From the IMG/VR virus record IMGVR_UViG_3300010340_001122: a stretch of 64,000 bases of DNA; one strand, written 5' to 3'. Origin of the DNA: a virus (lineage: Duplodnaviria; Caudoviricetes). Under the pieces are notes generated by a model, which worked only from the letters and a program-made list of their open reading frames with translations, ran no database searches and had not been told where the DNA came from. The position numbers and the translations under genes were made by a program. Shown piece after piece: positions 1 through 10,802 of this stretch (within the stretch, counting starts at the first letter, position 1; every line of letters starts with the position of its first letter).

Positions 1-467
1 GGGCAAATTCTTGCGATTATATCCTCTATTTTAGAAAGGCTTTTTATAACAAATTGAGCAATTTCAAAATAAGGCTTTTGTGTTTCAAATATTGATGATA
101 ATATTGCTTTTTCAATTGAAGGTAATCCAATTCCATCTTTAAATATTCCTGTTTTAGATCCTGATTGTCCATATAATTGATCAAAAGTTTCTCTAATTTT
201 TGGATTTTTTATTCTAGCAATATTTTCCTGTTGACCTGATTTTAAAAGAGAATCGGATATACCCAATTCATAGTTTGCAAACCGTCTAATATATTCAACA
301 TCTGGTATTAGAATAGATGATTTTGTATTTGGATAATTATTTTTTTTAGCAAAGTCTCCAATTTGTGGAAGATCCCATAATTTAGGACCAGGTATAGCCA
401 ATGAAACATTATATTGTAAAAATGTTGATGATGGGTATAGTGGAAATATTGGTAATACTTTAGACAT
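1..467 (-). CDS. Hypothetical protein, runs off the window start
   Basis: Hand-translated from ATG 467 (MSKVLPIFPLYPSSTFLQYNVSLAIPGPKLWD...); TAATATATA motif upstream at 487-495; absent from ORF track because the stop is outside the window. Confidence 0.75.
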   Translation of the reverse strand, partial: MSKVLPIFPLYPSSTFLQYNVSLAIPGPKLWDLPQIGDFAKKNNYPNTKSSILIPDVEYIRRFANYELGISDSLLKSGQQENIARIKNPKIRETFDQLYGQSGSKTGIFKDGIGLPSIEKAILSSIFETQKPYFEIAQFVIKSLSKIEDIIARIC

Positions 468-510
468 TACTAAATTTTAATTTATTTATATATTAAAACT
501 TAGTTTTTTC

Positions 511-1899
511 TCAAATTTCTTCTGATCCTTGTATTTCTGATATTATATAATTAAAATTTTCTGGTAAATCATATTTATATTTGGCATTTAGTTTACTAGA
601 AAATTCACCACCAGAGAATCCAACTATTATTGACATGTTAACAATTTCTTTATCATCCAAAATTAATTTAATTTTAAATTTAAAATTATTATTTTCCTCT
701 TCTGAGTCTATTTTAAATTTAACATGATAGTCAAATAATATTTCTATATTATTATAATTTTTTCTAAAAAATTCTCTACTTGGAATCTGTATAAAGTTAT
801 TGCCACCGTTTGAAAGGTAATAAATAGGTCTTTCTAAACAATTCATTTTATTAACAAGAGTTTTCATCAATTTCATTTTAATAGTTCCTGATGATTTTTT
901 GAATCCATCTTCTTGTTTTTCTATTTCTTCTAACTTATCTCTTTTTAATGATGTTGTAAATAGATGCTCAAGTATTCTAGAATTAAGTATTGCCACTTTA
1001 GTTTCATACCATTCTTTATTTGATCTTTCCAAGTCAATAAAATGAATATCTCTTTTTTTCCAAATTTCACTCATCAATTCAGAAAGTTTAAGAATATTTT
1101 TTTCAAATTCTTTCATATATTCACCAAGATATTTAAACCTTGGATCTCTGTGTCTTATATCAAAATATTCAAAATAACCAATAGCATCAATTCTTTTAGT
1201 GTCTATGAATTTCTCAATATATGATTGTATATTTTTATTTGAATTCTCATATACAATTCTAACCCATTCTTGAGTTAATTTATCCCACTTTTTAATATTT
1301 TCTTCATTAAATAAATTATCAATATCATTTGGAATTAGATCATCAGCAAATGTATTAAAACTTGCTGTTTTTTGTAAAGATAGATTTTTATTTAGATAAA
1401 AAGAGAATTGTGTCCCATCTGTTAATTCAATAACAATATCTTCTTGTATATTCTCATCTTTATTAGGACCTATCCAATATATTTTTGAAATTCTATCAGA
1501 TGTTAATTTCTCATTTGGTAATAGTTTATCAATTATATTTCTGGCAGTTTGTCTAGCATTTACTAATTGTTCCCAATTTTTCTCAATATCAAATTCAACT
1601 TTATCAAAAATAGAATTTATTTTTGATAATTCATCATCAGATTCAAATTTTTTACCTAAATATTTACCTAATTCTAATCTATTTTTTGTTAATAATAGAT
1701 TTTTCAAATCTGTTAAAAATACAGAAGAGTTTTCAGAATATCTTGCTTTTAGTCCTCTATCTAATAAATTATCTAGAAATTCATTATTCAAAAGAATCAT
1801 AGATGTACATATTTCAAAAACTAAATTTTTTGGTGTATAATATGTTTTAACATTACTAACATTAGATTCAAATAAATAGGAGCTCTTTAAAAATTTCAT
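511..1899 (-). CDS. Hypothetical protein with capsid-targeting-like N-terminus
   Basis: 462-aa ORF starting MKFLKSSYLFES; TAATATATA upstream. Confidence 0.7.
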   Translation of the reverse strand: MKFLKSSYLFESNVSNVKTYYTPKNLVFEICTSMILLNNEFLDNLLDRGLKARYSENSSVFLTDLKNLLLTKNRLELGKYLGKKFESDDELSKINSIFDKVEFDIEKNWEQLVNARQTARNIIDKLLPNEKLTSDRISKIYWIGPNKDENIQEDIVIELTDGTQFSFYLNKNLSLQKTASFNTFADDLIPNDIDNLFNEENIKKWDKLTQEWVRIVYENSNKNIQSYIEKFIDTKRIDAIGYFEYFDIRHRDPRFKYLGEYMKEFEKNILKLSELMSEIWKKRDIHFIDLERSNKEWYETKVAILNSRILEHLFTTSLKRDKLEEIEKQEDGFKKSSGTIKMKLMKTLVNKMNCLERPIYYLSNGGNNFIQIPSREFFRKNYNNIEILFDYHVKFKIDSEEENNNFKFKIKLILDDKEIVNMSIIVGFSGGEFSSKLNAKYKYDLPENFNYIISEIQGSEEI

Positions 1900-1963
1900 A
1901 AAAGTTTTAATACTTTTTATTATATATTAATTTCTAATATGTATTTAACTTGTTTAAATATAT

Positions 1964-3910
1964 ATGTTTATGGCAGATAGTTTAAATACCGGAATACAAA
2001 AGTTAGGAGATACTTTATCAAGTAAATTATTTAATAAAAAAGATAATCCTGAAGGATCCACTAATTTTAGTGGACTATATTCTGGACCAGGCGGAGGAAT
2101 CACTAGAAAAGATCTCAAAGGTGTTGATGAAGATCTATTTATAGATAATGGCCTTACTAGGATTGCAGCATTTACACCAGTTGGTTATTTTGATCAAACC
2201 AATCAATGGATAGATGATAAATTAAGTTCTGTTATAAAAGAAATTCCAGGTGTTTCAAGAACACTAGTTAGTGGTACAATTTTATCTCCTGCCAGTCCAT
2301 CTATACAATTAGTTGATGAGGATACAGGTGATTTATCACCATCAGGATTTACCCCAGTTGCTTATTATAGAACTGGCAAAGAAGTATATTTAGGATTGGG
2401 ATCACAAGCGATGTCAGGATTTGTTCCGAGTAGTAAATCTATTGGAATCGTAAGTAGTGAGGAATCTAAAAATTATACGAAAAAGACTGGTGAATCAGGG
2501 TTTTATGAAAATAAAGAATCTTCTGATTATAGGTTTAAATTCGGATTAGAAGATGACAACTTATTAAATACTACTGATAATTTATCAGTAACTCCAAAAG
2601 ATAATGAAGATCCGTTGTTTCTAGGATTTGAGGTTATAATAGATGTCCCAAACTCACCATTATTTAATGGGGAAGCAGCAAAATTTATTGATATGTTTAA
2701 GGGTAATAGTGAGATAAAATCAAGAGCTAGGATTTTAATAGACACTATAAATGAATTATCAAAATTTTTTAAATTTAATACGAGTGTTTCATCCAAATTT
2801 AGTGAAGATGATATGAATAATTCTATTTTTAATACTTCTCAAAATACTAAAAGACATTATATTAAAAAAATATCCGGACTTGATAAATTGGTTGAAGCTA
2901 ATACCCCATCTGCTCAATCATCTTTTGTTAAATATAGACAAGATTTGATAAAATTATCATTTTATGAAGATACTACTCTAAATCTCGGAACGGTTGCTTC
3001 TTTATATAAATTACTATATTGGTCTAGAATAAATGGTAAGAATATAATACCAGAAAATTTACTCAGATTTGATTGTTATATAATTGCATCTGAAGTCAGA
3101 AATTTAACAAGGGTTGTTAAAGCAGCTAATGGAAAAGCTGGTCTACAAACATTAAAAGAAAATGTTTCTAGATATGTTTATAATCTATATGAGTGTCAAT
3201 TTTTTTTCGATAAAATGACACATGGTGATTCTATTGATATCGGTGGTGGATCTTTGGGTAATCCGGATCCATTAGAAGTAACATTTAGTTATAAATTCTC
3301 AACTATGAGATTTGATAGATTTAATTTCACTTCTAATCAATATTCTTTTTTAAATAATGCTAGAAAAAATCCAACTGAATTAACTCCAAGTGATGCAAAA
3401 TCCGCCACACTAACTGGTGATGAAATAGTTCTTCTTGGTAAAAAAGTTATAAATCCTTTAAATAATGGATATTCCGGAAAAGATATTACAGAAATTGATA
3501 GGTCATCTCTAATCGAAGAAAGATCACAATCTGATATTTCGGGATATGAGACTGTAGTGTTGGATGACTTAAAAGGTAAGGAAAAGTTTGATATTTATAA
3601 TAGCCAATATTCAAAACAAATAATGGAGGATCCATCTACCAACAATGGTAATTTATTTAAAAATGCGGGTGAAAAACTTTTAAAAAATATTAAAAAATCT
3701 GCTCTAAATGAATCACAAAGACAATTAAATAATCAATTTAGGTTAGTAAATAATAGTCTTGATAAAGTTAGAAATTCCTTTGGGATCGGTAGAATTAGTG
3801 ACCCAGTGAATGTTTATGACAGTTCACTCAATCAACCATTCTTCTCGGATCTTAAAAATTCATTAAGAAATTTTGGGGGAGATGTTTTAGGTGGATTATT
3901 GGGAGGTTAA
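1964..3910 (+). CDS. Probable virion structural (baseplate/tail-associated) protein
   Basis: 648 aa, G/S/N-rich, directly upstream of the gp5-like gene; function from context only. Confidence 0.45.
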   Translation: MFMADSLNTGIQKLGDTLSSKLFNKKDNPEGSTNFSGLYSGPGGGITRKDLKGVDEDLFIDNGLTRIAAFTPVGYFDQTNQWIDDKLSSVIKEIPGVSRTLVSGTILSPASPSIQLVDEDTGDLSPSGFTPVAYYRTGKEVYLGLGSQAMSGFVPSSKSIGIVSSEESKNYTKKTGESGFYENKESSDYRFKFGLEDDNLLNTTDNLSVTPKDNEDPLFLGFEVIIDVPNSPLFNGEAAKFIDMFKGNSEIKSRARILIDTINELSKFFKFNTSVSSKFSEDDMNNSIFNTSQNTKRHYIKKISGLDKLVEANTPSAQSSFVKYRQDLIKLSFYEDTTLNLGTVASLYKLLYWSRINGKNIIPENLLRFDCYIIASEVRNLTRVVKAANGKAGLQTLKENVSRYVYNLYECQFFFDKMTHGDSIDIGGGSLGNPDPLEVTFSYKFSTMRFDRFNFTSNQYSFLNNARKNPTELTPSDAKSATLTGDEIVLLGKKVINPLNNGYSGKDITEIDRSSLIEERSQSDISGYETVVLDDLKGKEKFDIYNSQYSKQIMEDPSTNNGNLFKNAGEKLLKNIKKSALNESQRQLNNQFRLVNNSLDKVRNSFGIGRISDPVNVYDSSLNQPFFSDLKNSLRNFGGDVLGGLLGG

Positions 3911-3931
3911 AATTTAACAATATATAGGATT

Positions 3932-5485
3932 ATGTATGTTGATAGAACAAGAACCTATATTGGGATAGTTGAAGAAAATGAAGACCCTAAAAAGCTTGGT
4001 AGATGTAGAATAAGGGTTATAGATATTTTTGATAATATACCAAAAGATGATATACCATGGGCATCTCCTTGGAAAGATTTAAATGGAAACTCATTTAATG
4101 TTCCTGAAAAGGGTAAGATAGTCACAGTGGTTTTTGATTCTGGTAATATTTATAAACCTGAATATGTTTATGCTGAACACTATAATATAAATTTAGAAAA
4201 TAAACTACAAAAACTTTCAGGAAAAGATTATACTTCAATGAAGTCGTTATTATTTGATCATAAAACTCAAATATTTGTTAATGATTCCGAAGGACTTGTG
4301 ATTGATCATAAAATGAATCAGATGAATATCACTAATAATAGTATTAATTTAAACCTAAAAGATAATAATTCAAGTATAAATTTAGGACATGAAAGTGCAA
4401 ATCAACAAGCTATATTAGGTACTAATTTTATGAATTGGTTTGACGATTTTATATCTAATTTATTAGGTGAGAAAGGAGGTCCATATCTTGGTAATTTATC
4501 AGCACCAGTTGTTGCTAATCCTGATTTTATTGAAATTTGTCAAAAATATAGAGCATTAAAAGATCCTAAATTTCTATCACATAATGTGAATTTGAACGAT
4601 AATAAATTAATAGATTGTAGTGTTGTTAAAATTCAACAAGATAGAATACAAGATGGTCAAATTGGAGATAAATGGAAAACAACAAAAACAGGTGTTTCTG
4701 ATTTTAGTGGTGGTAATGATTCAGAACCTATTGATTTCGGACCTAAGGCAGCAATTGCTCCAGAAGGAAATCTAACCGAGGCAAGTGGATCACAAGATCC
4801 TAATCAACCAGATACTGAACAAAGAGAGATACCACCCGCTTCTAGTGAAAGTAATGATGATGGTTTATATATACTACTTCAATTAAAAAGACTAAATTAT
4901 GAGATATATTCAAGACCTTATGAGATGAATATAGTTGGAATTAGATATCAAAATTCCGGAGATCCCTACTCAAATAAATTTATTGATAGACTCTATTTGA
5001 TATATAAAAATGACCAAGGATCATTAAAAGCTCATTGGTATCCAATATCAACAGTACCTGGTAAATACGGATCAAGTAAAAGTAAAACATTACACAAAGA
5101 TCTTCCAAAAATGAAAGAAAGAGGTGGATTAGGTATATTACAACCAGCTCAGTATAAAAATTCTTGGACTATTAGTGATTATCATGGTGAAAAGTGTTTG
5201 AGACCTGGTAAACAAAAATTTTATAGAGATACTAATACGGGTGTTGATAAAATAACTTATTCTAAATCAGGAGAAGGAAACGCTGGTATGTTAATTCATA
5301 AAGCTTTCAATAGAAATCAGGGCAAAAACACATATGGTGTTAATAATTGGTCTGAGGGATGTCAAGTTATTCAAAGTCCAACAGATTTAGATCAAATATT
5401 TGGATTATTAGAAAAGCACAAAATGAAATATGGTAATAGATTTACATATACTCTGATAACCAAAAATAATGTTCCTGAACTTTAA
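3932..5485 (+). CDS. T4 gp5-like baseplate hub/spike protein with C-terminal putative cell-wall enzyme domain
   Basis: N-terminal OB-fold signature GIVEENEDPKKLGRCRIRV...IPWASP...VPEKGKIVTVVF; C-terminal IH...WSEGCQV. Confidence 0.8.
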   Translation: MYVDRTRTYIGIVEENEDPKKLGRCRIRVIDIFDNIPKDDIPWASPWKDLNGNSFNVPEKGKIVTVVFDSGNIYKPEYVYAEHYNINLENKLQKLSGKDYTSMKSLLFDHKTQIFVNDSEGLVIDHKMNQMNITNNSINLNLKDNNSSINLGHESANQQAILGTNFMNWFDDFISNLLGEKGGPYLGNLSAPVVANPDFIEICQKYRALKDPKFLSHNVNLNDNKLIDCSVVKIQQDRIQDGQIGDKWKTTKTGVSDFSGGNDSEPIDFGPKAAIAPEGNLTEASGSQDPNQPDTEQREIPPASSESNDDGLYILLQLKRLNYEIYSRPYEMNIVGIRYQNSGDPYSNKFIDRLYLIYKNDQGSLKAHWYPISTVPGKYGSSKSKTLHKDLPKMKERGGLGILQPAQYKNSWTISDYHGEKCLRPGKQKFYRDTNTGVDKITYSKSGEGNAGMLIHKAFNRNQGKNTYGVNNWSEGCQVIQSPTDLDQIFGLLEKHKMKYGNRFTYTLITKNNVPEL

Positions 5486-7098
5486 ACTAAATTAACTTTA
5501 GTTAAAGTGTATGGATACTTTCTTTTTATATAAAACTTTTCTCTTTCTTTGAAATGTTTAAATAATGTATTTTTAGGATCATCTTTTGTAAAGACATCAA
5601 CCAAATCAAAAATCAAAGCTGTCTTCTTTTCTTCATGTAATCTAAGAGCTCTACCAATTGATTGAATAATAATTTGTTCGGATTTAAATGAATCTGCAAA
5701 TATTACATTAAATATCGCATTAATAGAAACACCTGTACTTAATGTACCAAAACTTGCTATTAGAATTTTGGTATTATTACCTGTTTCTTCCATAAATTTT
5801 TTAATAGCTTCTCTTTCTTTATTTCTAACCTCACCATCAATATAGAAAAAGTCTTTACTAGATACTTCAGTTCTTAACTTATTAAGAATTTTTTGACCAT
5901 ATTCAATACTATGAAAAAGAATAAGTGTATTTTTATCACATTTTTCGACAATTTTTTTAATAAAATTTAATCTTTTATCTGATTCATGTATAAAGCTTTT
6001 TTCTAAATCTAAAGCTTCTTTCCCCATCCCACCTCTTTTAATTATTTCAAGTCTTTCACCATAATCCAAATCTTGGTGATTCATTATAACAACCTTAACT
6101 TCCATCGGTGTGATAATACCCTTTTCTTTTAATTCACTTGCAGAAACTTCGGTTATTTTAGGACCTAAAACAGACTGTATTGTTAATATTTCACAAGATT
6201 CATCTGGTGGAAAAGTACCAGAAACTCCAAATCTTGAGTAAGCAGATCCAAATGTTTTGTGTAAAATACCAGTTATAGTTTTTGCTTTAGCTCCGTGTGC
6301 TTCATCACACGCCACCGTGTGAAATTGTTGAAAAAATTGTTTAGGCCATTTTTCTAATGATTGATAAGTACCAATATAAATATTTGGATTTTCAGTTCCA
6401 GAATATTTACGTGGTTTATCAGACATAACCTCTTCTATTCTTATATCACAAGAGGTATAATCTTTATCTGTTAATAACGATTCTATTTTTTTATTTCTAA
6501 TTTCTTCTAAGTTATTAACTCCATGGTTATATTCTATTATATTATCATAGAATTGAGTTACAAGTGTAATTGATGGTACTATCAAAAGAAATTTAGCATC
6601 TGATTTTAGATTCTTTAAAGTGTAAAATATAACTATTGATATAATCAATGATTTACCACCAGAAGTTGCAACCTCTGCCATACAAAATCTATTTTTAAGT
6701 ATTTTATAAGCGGCATCTATTTGATGATCATATGGATCAAATTGAATCCACTCACCTTTTTTATTTTTAACTTTGTGATCTTTAAAAAATTCTTTACAAA
6801 AGTCTTTAACTTTATCAAGAGTAATATCTCTGTTAACTGGAAAATCTTCTTTATTTTCTATAACAAATGGTACTTCTATTTCTTTACAACCTTTATAACA
6901 TTCTTTCCAAAGTCCAAGATTTATTCTACCATTTCTAAAATACGAATTCTGACCATTCCACACACCCAGTTTGAAAGCAGGCATATATCTATAACCTTTA
7001 ACATGTCGTGTTAGCCAAATATTCATTTGATGATATTCAACCCTTGTTGCATCAGATACAACTAATTCTTCGGTGAGTGGTTCATAACGAAACTTCAT
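5482..7098 (-). CDS. uvsW: UvsW-like SF2 DNA helicase
   Basis: PYDHQ Q-motif, ATSGGKS Walker A, DEAH, SGT, QSIGRALR motif VI. Confidence 0.9.
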   Translation of the reverse strand: MKFRYEPLTEELVVSDATRVEYHQMNIWLTRHVKGYRYMPAFKLGVWNGQNSYFRNGRINLGLWKECYKGCKEIEVPFVIENKEDFPVNRDITLDKVKDFCKEFFKDHKVKNKKGEWIQFDPYDHQIDAAYKILKNRFCMAEVATSGGKSLIISIVIFYTLKNLKSDAKFLLIVPSITLVTQFYDNIIEYNHGVNNLEEIRNKKIESLLTDKDYTSCDIRIEEVMSDKPRKYSGTENPNIYIGTYQSLEKWPKQFFQQFHTVACDEAHGAKAKTITGILHKTFGSAYSRFGVSGTFPPDESCEILTIQSVLGPKITEVSASELKEKGIITPMEVKVVIMNHQDLDYGERLEIIKRGGMGKEALDLEKSFIHESDKRLNFIKKIVEKCDKNTLILFHSIEYGQKILNKLRTEVSSKDFFYIDGEVRNKEREAIKKFMEETGNNTKILIASFGTLSTGVSINAIFNVIFADSFKSEQIIIQSIGRALRLHEEKKTALIFDLVDVFTKDDPKNTLFKHFKEREKFYIKRKYPYTLTKVNLV

Positions 7099-7194
7099 TA
7101 TATGTTATATATCCAAAAGTGTTTTAAGTTTTTTAAGGTTTTTTACAAAAGGGACATGATATATGAGTATATATATTAAAAAATAATAAAATTT

Positions 7195-7551
7195 ATGAAA
7201 TTTATTAAATTCATTAAAAGTCTATTTAAAGGTTTTACTGAAGAATCAACTATGCCAGTAATCAACACACCAGTAACAAAGACCAAAGTTGAAGAGCCAG
7301 TTGTAATAGTTGAGGAAACACCAACTTTTACTAACGAGCCAGTTGTAAAAGTTGAAACAGATACGCCAGTTATTGTTGAATCTGATAAAAAAGAGATAGT
7401 AACTGAGACTCCTAAGGTTGAGGAATCGAAAACTGCTAAGGAAATTAAATCTAAAGTTAGAAAACCTAACCCAGATGTAAATCAACAGTCTAAGCCTAAA
7501 CCAAAAAGAAGAAGACCTTCTAAGCCAAAACAACCCAAACAAGGTGAATAA
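7195..7551 (+). CDS. Low-complexity protein (E/P/V/T-rich, basic tail)
   Basis: 118-aa ORF followed by terminator. Confidence 0.65.
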   Translation: MKFIKFIKSLFKGFTEESTMPVINTPVTKTKVEEPVVIVEETPTFTNEPVVKVETDTPVIVESDKKEIVTETPKVEESKTAKEIKSKVRKPNPDVNQQSKPKPKRRRPSKPKQPKQGE

Positions 7552-7582
7552 AAAAAACCTCTGATTTATCAGAGGTTTTTTT
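7552..7582. terminator. Bidirectional intrinsic terminator
   Basis: aaaaaaacctctga-ttta-tcagaggttttttt between convergent genes. Confidence 0.85.
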
Positions 7583-7899
7583 TATTTTAAAAGTTTGATA
7601 TAAGATTTATAAGTTTTCCTATCCATAGTCATAATACAATATTTAGAATCTATTTCATTATAATAAGGGAAAAAGTAAAAACTATTATCTTGTTCATTAA
7701 AATTAAGTCCTAAAATCATTCTACCACCTTGTCTATATTTATCGCTATCTGATTTTAAAACAATAAAGTCATAATATATAATTTCTCTATGTAAAGACCA
7801 CCCATACTCTGATAATTTACACTCTAATATATGATCACCATCTTCATCTCTGAAGAGTAATCTATAGGATTTATTTTGTTTTAGAAGATTTTTCATCAT
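7582..7899 (-). CDS. Hypothetical protein
   Basis: 105-aa ORF; TATATTTG upstream. Confidence 0.65.
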   Translation of the reverse strand: MMKNLLKQNKSYRLLFRDEDGDHILECKLSEYGWSLHREIIYYDFIVLKSDSDKYRQGGRMILGLNFNEQDNSFYFFPYYNEIDSKYCIMTMDRKTYKSYIKLLK

Positions 7900-7915
7900 C
7901 TTATTATTAATATAT

Positions 7916-7923
7916 CAAATATA
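7916..7923 (-). promoter_or_regulatory. Bacteroidota sigma70-type -7 element (TAnnTTTG)
   Basis: TATATTTG on - strand upstream of 7899. Confidence 0.65.
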
Positions 7924-7935
7924 CGAAAAATCTTC

Positions 7936-8604
7936 TTATTTTTTCTTTTTTTTCTTAGTAATAATACTATCAATCATACCATAATCTAAAGCGGATTTAG
8001 CAGTCATCCAATAATCTCTATCACCATCTTTATAAACTTTATCATACTTTTGTCCTGTTCTATCTGATATTATTTCATATAGCTCTTTTTTAAGTTCATT
8101 TATTTCACGTGCTTCAATTTCCATATCTGATGCTTGTTGAACCCATCCACCATAACCAAGTGGTTGATGTATCATTGTCCTGCTTCTTTTAAGAGCTTTC
8201 CTTTTCCCCCTTGTTCCTGAACATAATATTATAGCAGCCATTGATGCTGCTAATCCAGTATTTATTGTTTCAATATCCGGTTTAATATATTCCATCACAT
8301 CTAATAGACCTAAACCACTATAAACAGAACCACCAGGTGAATCGATATAAATCGATATATCATCATTTGATGTATTTTCAAGATATAATAACTGAGCTTT
8401 AATTAAATTACAAACTCCAGATTCCAACTCTGTGTTTAGAAAAATAATTCTATCATTTAACATTTTATTAAAAACATCAAACATTGATGTTGAAAATCCA
8501 TCATCAATAAATTGGCTAGTTTTATTAGATATTTTATTAAAATAGTCATCAAAATAAAGACTATTTATATTGTGGTGTTTAGTAGCATATTTTCTAAAAT
8601 CCAT
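7936..8604 (-). CDS. clpP: ATP-dependent Clp protease proteolytic subunit
   Basis: DRIIFL, YIDSPGGSV, GLAASMAA (Ser), MIHQP (His), DRDYWMTA (Asp). Confidence 0.95.
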   Translation of the reverse strand: MDFRKYATKHHNINSLYFDDYFNKISNKTSQFIDDGFSTSMFDVFNKMLNDRIIFLNTELESGVCNLIKAQLLYLENTSNDDISIYIDSPGGSVYSGLGLLDVMEYIKPDIETINTGLAASMAAIILCSGTRGKRKALKRSRTMIHQPLGYGGWVQQASDMEIEAREINELKKELYEIISDRTGQKYDKVYKDGDRDYWMTAKSALDYGMIDSIITKKKKKK

Positions 8605-8687
8605 ATATCATTTTTTTCTTATTATAGAAGGAATAAGGCTTTAAGTTTATTATATAAGTAATATATACATAAAGCTTTGTTAAATCT

Positions 8688-9299
8688 ATGAAAAGGTTTA
8701 TACTAATTTTACTAACATTAATACCTTCTATTTTATTTTCACAGAAAATAAGTTTTCATCTTGCTCCAACTTATTTTTATGGAAATTCCGTTATAGTTGA
8801 TAAAAATACATCTTTTACAAATTTTAGAAATGAATCTAAATTATTTAATAGTTCATCCAGTTATGGTATAAGTGGAACTTTTTTTAAAAGAGATAGATTC
8901 TCATATTATCAATCTAGACAATATGGTGTAAAAGTTTCTATTTTAAAATCAACATCTTCTCAAAAAATAGTTTATGATCCCAGTCCTAGTAGTAACTTAA
9001 ATGACATTTATATGGTTAAAAATACATATTCTTTTATTGAGATTCCTGTTTTATTCACTCAAGCTGCTACAAATCATCAAACATTTGTTGTTGAAGTTGG
9101 TCCAGTTTATTCTTATTATTTAAATGAAAAATCATCTAAAATTGGATTAATGTTAAAAGCAGGTATACACAATCATATATCGAAGAAACTTACATATTCT
9201 TTTTTATTTAGCTCAACTGGTACTAGACTAGGAGATAATTACTATCGATTATCTAATGGGTTTGAACTTAATCTAATATATAGATTAAGTAGGAAATAA
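8688..9299 (+). CDS. Outer-membrane beta-barrel protein (Bacteroidota porin/PorT-like)
   Basis: Signal peptide ending FSQ; YSFIEIPVLF and EVGPVYSYYL motifs; terminal amphipathic strand FELNLIYRL. Confidence 0.65.
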   Translation: MKRFILILLTLIPSILFSQKISFHLAPTYFYGNSVIVDKNTSFTNFRNESKLFNSSSSYGISGTFFKRDRFSYYQSRQYGVKVSILKSTSSQKIVYDPSPSSNLNDIYMVKNTYSFIEIPVLFTQAATNHQTFVVEVGPVYSYYLNEKSSKIGLMLKAGIHNHISKKLTYSFLFSSTGTRLGDNYYRLSNGFELNLIYRLSRK

Positions 9300-9353
9300 A
9301 TTGATAAAAATTCATTTCCAATAAATAATATATAAAAAAAAATAGAAAATAAT

Positions 9354-9668
9354 ATGAAAACTACAATAGAAATAAACGGGTTTGAAATCGTTATTGAAGA
9401 AACTGATGGTCTTATTACTGTTAGTGCTATAAAAGACGAAGAAACTATCGAAGAATTTGAAGTACAATCTGGTGAGCAATCAGATGATGATGAGGTTCAG
9501 GGGTTTGATGATTTTGACGGAGAGGAATCTGATGATGGTAGCGAGTCTTTTGATGGAGAAGAGGAAGAAGATTTTGATGATGAAAGTGATGCGGATGATG
9601 ATATGGAAGAAGAGGAAGAAGAAGGTAAACTAGAATCTTTTCAATCTTTTCTTAAAAAAAGAAAATAA
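9354..9668 (+). CDS. Highly acidic small protein
   Basis: D/E-rich core, ends KLESFQSFLKKRK. Confidence 0.7.
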   Translation: MKTTIEINGFEIVIEETDGLITVSAIKDEETIEEFEVQSGEQSDDDEVQGFDDFDGEESDDGSESFDGEEEEDFDDESDADDDMEEEEEEGKLESFQSFLKKRK

Positions 9669-9671
9669 TAA

Positions 9672-10802
9672 ATGATTTTAAAATTTAACATTTTCAAAGA
9701 ATCTGTTAATGGGCTGGAATTACATTATTTCGCATTTGATTGGGATGATAATATTCTTCACATGTCAACAACTATATTAATGGATAAAAAAGAAGGAGAT
9801 AAATGGATACCTGTTGAGGTATCAACCTCTGAATTTGCAACACTTAGAAATGATATAGATAATTATAGATTGAGAAATAATGATCCAATCATAGGATTTT
9901 CCGGATTTAGAGATACCGGACCTAGAGGATCAAATGCCTTTATCGATGATGTTAAAGTTGCGGTATCTAAAAAAGATTTTGGACCATCTTGGGATAAATT
10001 CATAAACTGCTTAAAAGAAGGAGCTATATTTTCAATAATAACAGCTCGCGGACATGAGCCAGAAACTATAAAAAAAGCTATTGAATATATTATAGATGAT
10101 ATTTTGTCTGAGGATGAACAATATTTACTCTATAATAATTGTCTAAAACACGTCTATTTATTTGGAAAAGATTCTGATTTTGATAGAATTCCAAAAGGAC
10201 CTGTTTCAAAGACAAAATTAATTCAAGCTTACTTGGATCATTGTGATTTTTATGGTGTTAGTTCTCAAACATTCGCCAGTAAATTTGGTGAGGCATCAGC
10301 ATCTAATCCAGAAAAAGCCAAAGAAATGGCACTTGATAAATTTATAGAAAAATGTAATAATTTTGGTAAAAATATTGGAGCAAAGTCAGTATCTATTGGA
10401 TTTTCCGATGATGATCCAAAAAATGTTGATCATGTTAGAAAATATTTTAAAGAAAAATCAGCATTATCTAACGATCTTAGTCACGAATTAAAACTATCAT
10501 TACATAAAACAACTGATAGAAGAATAAAAGGTGGAGAAATAACTAAATTCAGACAAGGAGAAGAAAAATATGAAGCAACCGATTCTATTCAGGCTCCAGG
10601 AATGGCAAGCTCAGTAATGTCTTTTAGCTCTTTTAATAATCAAGGATCTAGATTGTTTCCAAGTAATGTATCCGATAATGATCCAGTTGCTCATACTCAT
10701 AGAATGGCAACAGATTATATTTCAAAGAAATCTAAAGAATGGACAGAAGATTTCAAAAAAAGCTTAAAAAGTAGGAAGAAAAAAACTAAAACAAAAAAAT
10801 GA
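9672..10802 (+). CDS. HAD-superfamily hydrolase-like protein
   Basis: FDWDDNI motif I, ITARGH motif II, GFSDDD motif IV; N-terminus MILKFNIFKES. Confidence 0.7.
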   Translation: MILKFNIFKESVNGLELHYFAFDWDDNILHMSTTILMDKKEGDKWIPVEVSTSEFATLRNDIDNYRLRNNDPIIGFSGFRDTGPRGSNAFIDDVKVAVSKKDFGPSWDKFINCLKEGAIFSIITARGHEPETIKKAIEYIIDDILSEDEQYLLYNNCLKHVYLFGKDSDFDRIPKGPVSKTKLIQAYLDHCDFYGVSSQTFASKFGEASASNPEKAKEMALDKFIEKCNNFGKNIGAKSVSIGFSDDDPKNVDHVRKYFKEKSALSNDLSHELKLSLHKTTDRRIKGGEITKFRQGEEKYEATDSIQAPGMASSVMSFSSFNNQGSRLFPSNVSDNDPVAHTHRMATDYISKKSKEWTEDFKKSLKSRKKKTKTKK

